A stretch of DNA of 33,950 nt, taken from Candidatus Acetothermia bacterium. GTDB lineage: Bacteria; Bipolaricaulota; Bipolaricaulia; RBG-16-55-9; DRXL01. Shown here piece after piece: positions 16,775 through 23,748 of the stretch (within the stretch, counting starts at the first letter, position 1; each line of letters begins with the position of its first letter). The stretch lies in assembly GCA_028275205.1 (NCBI GenBank), contig JAPWVB010000003.1, forward strand, positions 1 to 33,950. Reading direction: 5' to 3'. A program made the translations under genes and the position numbers. The notes below the pieces were generated by a model that saw nothing but the letters and a program-made list of their open reading frames with translations, did no database searches and was not told the origin of the DNA.

Positions 16775-17734
16775 TTATTGGGGTGCAGTCTTCTTGAGCT
16801 CTTGGGGGCTGGTAACGTCGATCTTATATCCTGTGAGTTTAGCAGTTAGGCGGACGTTCTGGCCGCCCTTGCCAATAGCTAACGATAACTCTGCATCGGG
16901 GACGAGCACCCGGGCTTCTCTCTTGGCTTCGTCGAGGTCGATCTGTAAAACTCTAGCTGGCTCCAAGCTGCTTTTAATCAGCTCGCGCACGTCGGAGCTC
17001 CAGCGAATAATATCTATCTTCTCCCCGCCGAGCTCGCGCACGATCTCTCTGATGCGACTGCCCCCAGCACCGACACATGTTCCTACAGGGTCGAGCTCCG
17101 CCACAAGCGATCGCACAGCGACCTTGGTGCGCACCCCCGGCTCGCGCGCGATCGCCTCGATGCGAATGAGCCCTTGCTCGAGCTCCGGCACCTGTAGCTC
17201 TAACATCTTTTGGACAAACTCCTTGGCCGCGCGCGACAAGATAATCCTTGGATCCCCCTGGGTGCGCTCCACGCGCATCAAATATGCTTTAATCACGGCC
17301 CCCACGCGATAGCGCTCCCCGGGGATCCGTTCGGATTCGGGCAGGAGGGCTTCCGCTTGCCCGAGATTCACCCAGACGTCAGCCCCGGCAAAGCGGTGGA
17401 CATGCCCGCTGATAATAGAGCCCACGCGGCTCTGATAGCGCTCTAAGATCTTCTGGCGACGCTTGGCGATGATCTCGCTTTTGATAGTCTCTTCGGCTTT
17501 GCGGGTGGCAATGCGGCCAAAATCTGTGAGCTTAATATCTTTGGCTTGGCCGTCCACAATGACGTGAATATCTCCGGAGGTGCGATCGATGGCGATCTCG
17601 ATGTTGGCCGCCGGGCCAAATTGCTCGATATACGCGACGCGCAACCCCTTCTTGACCGCTTCATAAAGATCTTCGCGCTCGAGCCCCTCTTCCTTGGCCA
17701 TCTCCTCGAGCGCCTCGAGAAACTCAATATTCAC
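16775..17734 (-). CDS. nusA: Transcription termination factor NusA
   Basis: FGRIA, S1 domain, AREPGVRTKVAV, DPVGTCVG..GSRI, GEKIDII, LAIGKGGQNVRL; GTG start. Confidence 0.98.
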   Translation of the reverse strand: MNIEFLEALEEMAKEEGLEREDLYEAVKKGLRVAYIEQFGPAANIEIAIDRTSGDIHVIVDGQAKDIKLTDFGRIATRKAEETIKSEIIAKRRQKILERYQSRVGSIISGHVHRFAGADVWVNLGQAEALLPESERIPGERYRVGAVIKAYLMRVERTQGDPRIILSRAAKEFVQKMLELQVPELEQGLIRIEAIAREPGVRTKVAVRSLVAELDPVGTCVGAGGSRIREIVRELGGEKIDIIRWSSDVRELIKSSLEPARVLQIDLDEAKREARVLVPDAELSLAIGKGGQNVRLTAKLTGYKIDVTSPQELKKTAPQ

Positions 17735-17772
17735 ACGCGATCACCATATTAAGAGTGAAGTCAAGCGATCTG

Positions 17773-18234
17773 TTAAAGAAACCGGCTCTCGACGACCTGG
17801 GCCGAGCGCACGGCCGCAAACGGGATGGGCACGTGGGCCCCAGAGGCGTCTTCGAGCCAGAGCTCCTCATCGGAGAGCCCTTGCAGCCAGCCCACAAGAA
17901 CTGTCGGTCCTTCTGCGGATTGCAAGCGCACTTCGATGGGCTTGCCCACAGCAAGCTCATAGTGCCTTCGGGTGTATAAGGGCCGATCCATCCCCGGCGA
18001 GGAGACCTCAAGCTCATAGCTGTGCTCGATGAGCGCATCGAGGGGCTCTTCCAGGGCGCGGCTAACGCGCTCGCAATCATCAATTGTGACCCCGCCATCA
18101 CGCTCAATATATACTGTCACCTGCCAGCGCGGCCCCGAGGTCCTCACCTCAAGCCAATAGAGCTCTACTCCCTGCTCCAGGGCAATCTGCTCCGCGATAG
18201 CCTGCACGGCCCCTTCCAACTGAGAATTCATCAC
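17773..18234 (-). CDS. rimP: Ribosome maturation factor RimP
   Basis: GVTIDDCERVSR, YELEVSSPGMDRPL; lies upstream of nusA. Confidence 0.97.
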   Translation of the reverse strand: MMNSQLEGAVQAIAEQIALEQGVELYWLEVRTSGPRWQVTVYIERDGGVTIDDCERVSRALEEPLDALIEHSYELEVSSPGMDRPLYTRRHYELAVGKPIEVRLQSAEGPTVLVGWLQGLSDEELWLEDASGAHVPIPFAAVRSAQVVESRFL

Positions 18235-18240
18235 AGTTTG

Positions 18241-18269
18241 ATTATACTCCTAAGGCTTTTTCAGTGCAA
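18241..18269 (-). promoter_or_regulatory. Promoter for rimP-nusA-MMPL, likely leaderless
   Basis: Minus strand TTGCAC, 17 nt, TATAAT; the -10 ends 6 nt before the GTG at 18234. Confidence 0.75.
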
Positions 18270-18274
18270 TGGGG

Positions 18275-18303
18275 TTGCCGCACTGAGGAGAGCAGGGTAC
18301 CCT
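18275..18303 (+). promoter_or_regulatory. Putative divergent promoter for rluD
   Basis: TTGCCG, 17 nt, TACCCT; inverted repeat tcagtgc/gcactga (18261-18286) spans both -35 boxes. Confidence 0.45.
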
Positions 18304-18312
18304 AGAGGGAGT

Positions 18313-19401
18313 ATGCGTCGAGTCTTGAGTGTCTCTGAGGGCGAAGCGGGCTCTCGGCTTGACCAATGGCTCTTAGCGCGCTTGAGCGAGCCCACACTGA
18401 CGCGCTCGCGCTTGCAAAAGCTCATACAATCTGGGGCAGTGCAGCTCAATGGCCAGCCCGCTCGAGCGGGGCTGCGCCTGCGCCCACACGATATCGTCAT
18501 CATCGAGCTTCCTGAGGACGCCCCAGAAGAAACCCTCGAACCTGAGCCCTTCACCCTGCCCATACTCTACGAAGACGAGCATATCATCGCGATTGACAAG
18601 CCCGCGGGCATGGTCGTTTACCCCGCGGCAGGACACCCGCGCGGCACGGTGCTTAATCAGCTCATCAGTCATTGTGCTCTGGCGAGCTTCGGGGCGCCCG
18701 CTCGCCCCGGGGTCGTCCATCGCTTGGACGAGGGGACAAGTGGAGTCTTAGTACTTGCTAAGACTGACTTAGCGTATCTGAAGCTCGTCGAGCAGTTCAA
18801 GAATCGCCAGATCGAGAAGATCTATCTCGCTGTAGTACACGGGCGCATCGCCGAAGACGAAGGGCGGATCGAAGGCCCCATCGGGCGCGACCCCGCGCAC
18901 CGCCAACGCATGAGGATAGTCGCTGCGGGAAAGCCGGCGATCACGGAGTTCCGCGTGCTCAAAAGATTCGACGAAGTGACAGTGCTTGAGGTGCGCCCGC
19001 TGACGGGGAGAACTCATCAGATTCGGGTGCACTTGAGCGCGATTGGGCACCCGGTCGTGGGTGACGATCTGTATGGGCCAGGCTTCGCCTGGCCAGACTT
19101 CGTCTGGACTGTGCGCCTTCGCCGGCCAATGGCCGGCGAAGCTGTACGGTCCAGGCGAAGCCTGGGGCTCCATGCGTGGCATATGAAGCTCGCGCACCCG
19201 ATCACGGGAGAGCGCCTAGAGCTTGTGGCTCCCATCCCTGTGGAGTTTCTCCCACTGCTGCAGGGCTATGACGATATACTCACCAAGAGCAGCGTAGGAG
19301 AGCGCGATGCCCCCATAGAGCACAAAGAGAGCGATACGGGAGAGAACCGGGAAGATGGGCTCGAGCAGGAGCCCCACCAGCCCCACGGAGAGCATCGTTG
19401 A
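18313..19401 (+). CDS. rluD: RluA/RluD-family pseudouridine synthase with S4 domain
   Basis: RLDQWL..SR..LQKLI (S4), DKPAGMVV.P, VHRLDEGTSG, TGRTHQIRVH, GHPVVGD.LYG, LHA; ATG at 18313 follows GAGGGAG. Confidence 0.92.
   Translation: MRRVLSVSEGEAGSRLDQWLLARLSEPTLTRSRLQKLIQSGAVQLNGQPARAGLRLRPHDIVIIELPEDAPEETLEPEPFTLPILYEDEHIIAIDKPAGMVVYPAAGHPRGTVLNQLISHCALASFGAPARPGVVHRLDEGTSGVLVLAKTDLAYLKLVEQFKNRQIEKIYLAVVHGRIAEDEGRIEGPIGRDPAHRQRMRIVAAGKPAITEFRVLKRFDEVTVLEVRPLTGRTHQIRVHLSAIGHPVVGDDLYGPGFAWPDFVWTVRLRRPMAGEAVRSRRSLGLHAWHMKLAHPITGERLELVAPIPVEFLPLLQGYDDILTKSSVGERDAPIEHKESDTGENREDGLEQEPHQPHGEHR
19078..19165. repeat. Intragenic nested palindromic element (MITE/REP-like) inside rluD
   Basis: 15-bp perfect terminal IRs ccaggcttcgcctgg (19078-19092) / ccaggcgaagcctgg (19151-19165); internal palindromes ccagacttcgtctgg and cttcgccggcca-a-tggccggcgaag. 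Confidence 0.85.
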
Positions 19402-19785
19402 GGAAGCTTTCCCCAAGGCGCGCGCCTCGATGACGAGCCATCGAGAACTCTGCCAGCGCAGCCACAGAGCTCCCAAGACTAACACGATGGGAGGCACAGC
19501 AAACGCTATCAAGGCCCACCACGGAAGACGCCCCTCAACAGTAAGAGCGACAAAGAGACTGAGAAAGAGCATCTTGTCGGCTACGGGGTCTAGGAGCTTT
19601 CCTAGGGCAGTGATCTGGCGCTGGGAGCGCGCCAGCGCTCCATCAACGAGATCACTCGCCAGCACCAGGGCGAGCACGGTGTAAAAGAGCCACAACGGGC
19701 CCCAGAAGAAGAGCAGTATCAAGATGGGGATAGCGAGAATTCGTGAGAGTGTAATAGCGTTGGGCAGGGCCAAGACGTCCTTCAT
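19216..19785 (-). CDS. pgsA: CDP-alcohol phosphatidyltransferase (PgsA-like)
   Basis: PNAITLSRI, SDLVDGALAR, T.LGKLLDPVADK. Confidence 0.88.
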   Translation of the reverse strand: MKDVLALPNAITLSRILAIPILILLFFWGPLWLFYTVLALVLASDLVDGALARSQRQITALGKLLDPVADKMLFLSLFVALTVEGRLPWWALIAFAVPPIVLVLGALWLRWQSSRWLVIEARALGKASSTMLSVGLVGLLLEPIFPVLSRIALFVLYGGIALSYAALGEYIVIALQQWEKLHRDGSHKL

Positions 19786-20348
19786 AGTCCCAACTGCGGT
19801 GCGATCCCCTGCATAGCTTTGATCACTATATCTATATGTTCGTCAAGAGGAACGCCCAGTTCTTGGGCCCCTTGCTCGATCTCTTCGCGGTTGACCCCGC
19901 GCGCGAACGCCTTGTCTTTCCATTTCTTCTTGACGGCCTCGACGGTCACCTCGGCTAAGCTCTTGGTGGGGCGCACCAACGCCGTAGCCACGATCAGCCC
20001 CGTTAGCTCATCGCACGCAAAGAGCGCCTTGGCCATGAGCGACGTGCGCGGGATGCCCGTGTATGAAGCGTGCCCTAAGATCGCTTGGCAGATCTCTTCA
20101 GCGACGCCGCGCTCCCGCAAGATCTGCACCCCAACCGTGGGATGCCCTTGGGTCGGGTGACGCTCATGGTTGGGATACCTTTCGTAGTCGAAGTCATGAA
20201 GCAACCCCGCCAGGCCCCAGCTCTCCTCATCTTGGCCGAACTTCCGTGCATAAGCTCGCATCGCGGCTTCGACCGCGAGCATGTGCTTGATGAGATTCTG
20301 ATTCTTCGTGTACTCGTGCACCAATGCTAATGCTTCTTCGCGCGTCAT
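19782..20348 (-). CDS. HD-superfamily metal-dependent hydrolase
   Basis: KHMLAVEAAM, GLLHDFDYE, LFACDELTG, KKKWKDKAFARGVNR. Confidence 0.9.
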   Translation of the reverse strand: MTREEALALVHEYTKNQNLIKHMLAVEAAMRAYARKFGQDEESWGLAGLLHDFDYERYPNHERHPTQGHPTVGVQILRERGVAEEICQAILGHASYTGIPRTSLMAKALFACDELTGLIVATALVRPTKSLAEVTVEAVKKKWKDKAFARGVNREEIEQGAQELGVPLDEHIDIVIKAMQGIAPQLGL

Positions 20349-20381
20349 GACTCCCCCTTCTCTCCGCGAAAGCGTTACGTC

Positions 20382-20410
20382 ATTCTACGCGACCGCTCAA
20401 GCTTTGTCGA
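20382..20410 (-). promoter_or_regulatory. Putative promoter for HD-pgsA
   Basis: Minus strand TCGACA, 17 nt, TAGAAT. Confidence 0.55.
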
Positions 20411-21395
20411 ACAGTCCCAACTGATGGGCCTTGTGGGAGGATTGGCGCTTGAGCGCCTGGGCGGCTTGGTGGCTGGCGTTGTGAGCATGCTGAATCGGCT
20501 CTGGTAAGAGATTCTTCAACGTCAGTTGAGTCAGCTCAATAGCAGTCTCTAGATCTATGCGATGCCCCGGCGAGACGAAGAATGGCTCAGACGAATCTGC
20601 AGGTTTGATTGCAGCCCCCGCGCGCTGGCCCCCAACGCGAATGTAACAGATCTCGCCGGGCGCTAAGCTCCGAAGATCTCTCTCAGGCTCGCCGTGTAAG
20701 AGCGATTTCGTGATCCCGATCGTGGGGATATCAAGCATCACGCCCAACTGAGAGGCGATGCCCGCTTGGCGATGATGGAGCGTCCCCGTGCCATCCACAA
20801 AAGTGATATCGGCGAGGGCGTTCTGTTCTTTGAGCTTTTGGAGTAAGGCGAGCATCACCGGCAGCTCGCGGAATGCCAAATAGCTGGGGATATACGGGAA
20901 GCGCACCTCTTGTGTGAGCGTGTGCGTCTCGATGAGGGTTAAGCTCGGCAGCTCCAAGCGCACATACGCTGCGACGCCTTGGGTTCCTACGTATGAGAGA
21001 TCCACCCCGCCCGCGGTGCGATAGTCCGATCTATCAGGGACGAGGCGCATCTGCGCTCGGATGGCGTTTTGGATCTCTTGGAGTTTCTGGAGGGGTTTTT
21101 CGCTGCGGAAATCGCGAAAGAGAAATTTTGTCAGCGAGAGCACGCGGCCGCCTTTGACGGGGACGCCCTCAGCTTGAAGGAGCTGAGCTTGTTCTTCCGT
21201 GACTGTGCCATCGAAGCTCACGACGCGATGGCTGGGGCAGTCTCTCTTATGCTGAGCCAAGATCGAGCCCACGGCGCGCGCGGCGATGGGATCGCCAAGC
21301 GCGAGGGCGATCTCGCGGAACGTCGCGACTTTGCCCTGAGGAATCTGAGCGACCAGCTCGAGAGTAATCTTTTCGATGTCGGGCAGGGCGAGCAT
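20397..21395 (-). CDS. nfi: Fusion of an O6-alkylguanine (MGMT/ATL) DNA-binding domain and endonuclease V
   Basis: N-terminal IPQGKVATF.EIA...ARAVG...PSHRVV; C-terminal GVDLSY, FPYIPSYLAFRE, VDG.G.LH, IGITKS, VSPGHRI, LPEP..AH. Confidence 0.88.
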   Translation of the reverse strand: MLALPDIEKITLELVAQIPQGKVATFREIALALGDPIAARAVGSILAQHKRDCPSHRVVSFDGTVTEEQAQLLQAEGVPVKGGRVLSLTKFLFRDFRSEKPLQKLQEIQNAIRAQMRLVPDRSDYRTAGGVDLSYVGTQGVAAYVRLELPSLTLIETHTLTQEVRFPYIPSYLAFRELPVMLALLQKLKEQNALADITFVDGTGTLHHRQAGIASQLGVMLDIPTIGITKSLLHGEPERDLRSLAPGEICYIRVGGQRAGAAIKPADSSEPFFVSPGHRIDLETAIELTQLTLKNLLPEPIQHAHNASHQAAQALKRQSSHKAHQLGLFDKA

Positions 21396-21419
21396 AGACC
21401 ATCTCCCATGCCCATCATA

Positions 21420-21677
21420 TCACTTGGAGTACTCCTTCACCAGCAGGGCGATGGCCTCGCGCATCAGTTCAGATTTATTAGCTTTGCGCCCGGTGCGCTT
21501 GCGGATTTGCAACTGAAGCTCCTCCAGGGCGATAATATCATCTGGGGTCAGGTAGAACGTCGCTTTCACCAGCCCTGGTGCGGACTCTTCGGGATCTTTG
21601 GGCGTGGGCTTGTAAAAATCCTTCATGATCTCGCTTTCGGCAAGCGGATCATGTGCGATAGAGCGACGCGGCTTCAT
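21420..21677 (-). CDS. Small ParA partner, ribbon-helix-helix-like protein
   Basis: Disordered-looking N-terminus then KATFYL (beta), helix, NKSELMREAI (helix); 4-nt overlap with parA. Confidence 0.7.
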   Translation of the reverse strand: MKPRRSIAHDPLAESEIMKDFYKPTPKDPEESAPGLVKATFYLTPDDIIALEELQLQIRKRTGRKANKSELMREAIALLVKEYSK

Positions 21678-22465
21678 CGAGCGATCACCTGCGCTTCTTG
21701 AGCGCGATGGCCATTAGAGCTTGGAGTTCCCTCAAGAACACGCTCAGCTAATCTTTTGTAATCTTGGGCGCCGTAGGAAGTGGGATCGTACTCGAAGATC
21801 GTCTGGTGGTGGCTGGCGGCTTCAGCCAGGCGCACGTTGGCGCGGATGGGCTCGGTGACTTTGGCGCCAAAGTGCAGTTCTAATCTCTCTAAGACTTCGC
21901 GGCTCTTGCGGTTGCGCCCGTCGTAGAACGTGGGGATGACCAGCGACACCTCGATGGGGTGTTCTAAGATCTCGCGGACCATCTTGAGGTTCTCTAAGAT
22001 CTGCTTGACGCCCACGAGCGCTAAATAGTCCATGCTCACGGGGATGAACGCTTCGTCGGCGTAGACGATAGCGTTCTGATTTAAGAGATTTAAGCTGGGC
22101 GGGCAATCCAAGAGCACAAAATCATAGCCGGAGAGCTTGGCGAGCTTGCGGCTGAGGACGCGCTCGCGCCCCGGAAGCCCCGTCAGAATCAATTCGGCCT
22201 GGGCGGCGGTCTTCGTGCTTGGGAGAATATCTATATGCTCGCGCACCGAGAGAATACACTCGTGGGGCGTGGTCATCTCATCGACGAGCAAGTGATAGAG
22301 CGACTTCTGGGGGACGACGTCGAACCACGTAGCTACGTTGCCTTGGGGGTCCATGTCAATTAAGAGAACTCTCTGATTGTAGAGGGCCAAGGCCGCTGCG
22401 AGATTGACGGCGGTTGTGGTCTTGGCCGTGCCCCCTTTCTGATTGATGATCGCGATCTTGCGCAT
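21674..22465 (-). CDS. ParA/Soj-family ATPase (orphan)
   Basis: NQKGGTAKTTT, LIDMDPQGN, LLDCPPSL, IRANVRLAEA; ATG 22465 follows GAGGTGAGAGG. Confidence 0.92.
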   Translation of the reverse strand: MRKIAIINQKGGTAKTTTAVNLAAALALYNQRVLLIDMDPQGNVATWFDVVPQKSLYHLLVDEMTTPHECILSVREHIDILPSTKTAAQAELILTGLPGRERVLSRKLAKLSGYDFVLLDCPPSLNLLNQNAIVYADEAFIPVSMDYLALVGVKQILENLKMVREILEHPIEVSLVIPTFYDGRNRKSREVLERLELHFGAKVTEPIRANVRLAEAASHHQTIFEYDPTSYGAQDYKRLAERVLEGTPSSNGHRAQEAQVIAR

Positions 22466-22482
22466 CCTCTCACCTCGTTCGG

Positions 22483-22529
22483 ATTGTGATGGCATGCCAG
22501 CACAATGGCTTAGCGCCATTGTGCCACAA
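22483..22529. promoter_or_regulatory. Overlapping palindromes with alternating TTGTG/CACAA half-sites (candidate operator or parS-like site)
   Basis: attgtg-a-tggcatgcca-g-cacaat (22483-22506); gcacaatggc-ttagc-gccattgtgc (22500-22524); ttgtg-c-cacaa (22519-22529). Confidence 0.55.
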
Positions 22530-22565
22530 GAAAGAGAGCCTCCCAAGGACAGCTGTCCCTTGAGG
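22528..22565 (-). terminator. Possible intrinsic terminator after larC
   Basis: Minus strand cctcaagggacagctgtccttgggagg imperfect stem followed by ctctctttctt. Confidence 0.4.
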
Positions 22566-22578
22566 ATGGGGAGGACGC

Positions 22579-23748
22579 TCAGGCTGAACGACTTGCAGCT
22601 TCGGTCGCCGCACGGTAGATCTCTTTTAACGCGACGCCCCGCTCTTCCGCAAGCCTCTTGCAGTCCTCATACTCCGGCGCAATATTGATAATCTCAGAGC
22701 CCAGCATCCCCAGCTTCACCCGAACTTGCCCATACGGCGTCTGAACTTCTATAATTTTTCGGGCGAGCTTCTTGCGCTTCACTGAATAATAGATCGCCCC
22801 CAGCGTCGTCGTCTCGCGAAAGAGTATCTCGCAGAGCTTGTCCACTACCGCAGCATCGCAGAGCACGCGCACGAGCAGCCCAGGACGCCCCTTCTTCATC
22901 AAAATAGTGTGGGCGCTGACGCTCTTGGCCCCATGATCAAAGAGCTTCTGCTGCACATAGGGGAAGAGCTCCGGGTTCATGTCGTCAATCTCTGTTTCGA
23001 TGACGACGGTCTCGTCTTGTTCGAAATCTGTGACGCTCTCGCCAACGAGAACTCTCAGCACGTTAGGCTGCGGGAGGTCTTTCGTGCCCGCGCCATAGCC
23101 GATCTGGTGCCAGCGCGCTGGCGGCATGGCAAACTCCGGGGAGAGATATTTCAGAAGCGCCGCGCCGGTGGGCGTGGTCAGTTCTGTCTCGATCCCCGAC
23201 GAATAGACCGGAAAATCTTTGAGAAGCTCAAGCGTCGCCGGCGCGGGCACGGGGAGTCTGCCATGTGCCGTCTCGATCATACCGGACCCGAGATTAATCT
23301 TAGACGCGTACCATTGGTCAATCTGTAACGACTCTATCGCGACGGCAGCCCCGACGATGTCGCATATCGAATCGAGGGCGCCCAGCTCGTGGAAGTGCAC
23401 GTCATCTATAGCAATGCTGTGAATCTTCGCTTCGGCTTGGGCGAGAGCGCTGAAGATCGCGATGGCTCGCGCCTTCTCGGCAGGCGTCAATGAGCTCTTC
23501 TCAACCAGCGTGCGAATCTCCGACCAGTGCCGATGCGCATGAGAGTGGAAATCTGACTCAAAGCGCAGGTGGGTGGCAGCGATGCCCTGGCGCATCACGC
23601 GTTCGGTGCGCACCGAGATTGGGCCTAGGCCAAGCTGCGAGAGCTTCTCGCTCAAGAGCTGAGCTGTAATGAGCTGGGCGTCTATGAGCGCCGCGAGGAA
23701 CATATCTCCGGCGATGCCGGAGAAGCAGTCTAAGTATGCGATCTTCAT
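22579..23748 (-). CDS. larC: Nickel pincer cofactor nickel insertase LarC
   Basis: YLDCFSGIAGDM, His-rich patch HSHAHRH, VHFHELGALDSI.D, AHG.LPVPAPAT, ELTTPTGAA, ET.IDDM.PE, MKKGRPG, ETTTLG, PEYEDC. Confidence 0.96.
   Translation of the reverse strand: MKIAYLDCFSGIAGDMFLAALIDAQLITAQLLSEKLSQLGLGPISVRTERVMRQGIAATHLRFESDFHSHAHRHWSEIRTLVEKSSLTPAEKARAIAIFSALAQAEAKIHSIAIDDVHFHELGALDSICDIVGAAVAIESLQIDQWYASKINLGSGMIETAHGRLPVPAPATLELLKDFPVYSSGIETELTTPTGAALLKYLSPEFAMPPARWHQIGYGAGTKDLPQPNVLRVLVGESVTDFEQDETVVIETEIDDMNPELFPYVQQKLFDHGAKSVSAHTILMKKGRPGLLVRVLCDAAVVDKLCEILFRETTTLGAIYYSVKRKKLARKIIEVQTPYGQVRVKLGMLGSEIINIAPEYEDCKRLAEERGVALKEIYRAATEAASRSA

Noticed and set aside
18022-18312. ORF-track N-terminal extension of rluD
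   Set aside because: It overlaps rimP and the divergent promoters; homology begins at ATG 18313. Extended starts for parA, larE, pdxT, comF, the MBL gene and rpoD were trimmed on similar grounds
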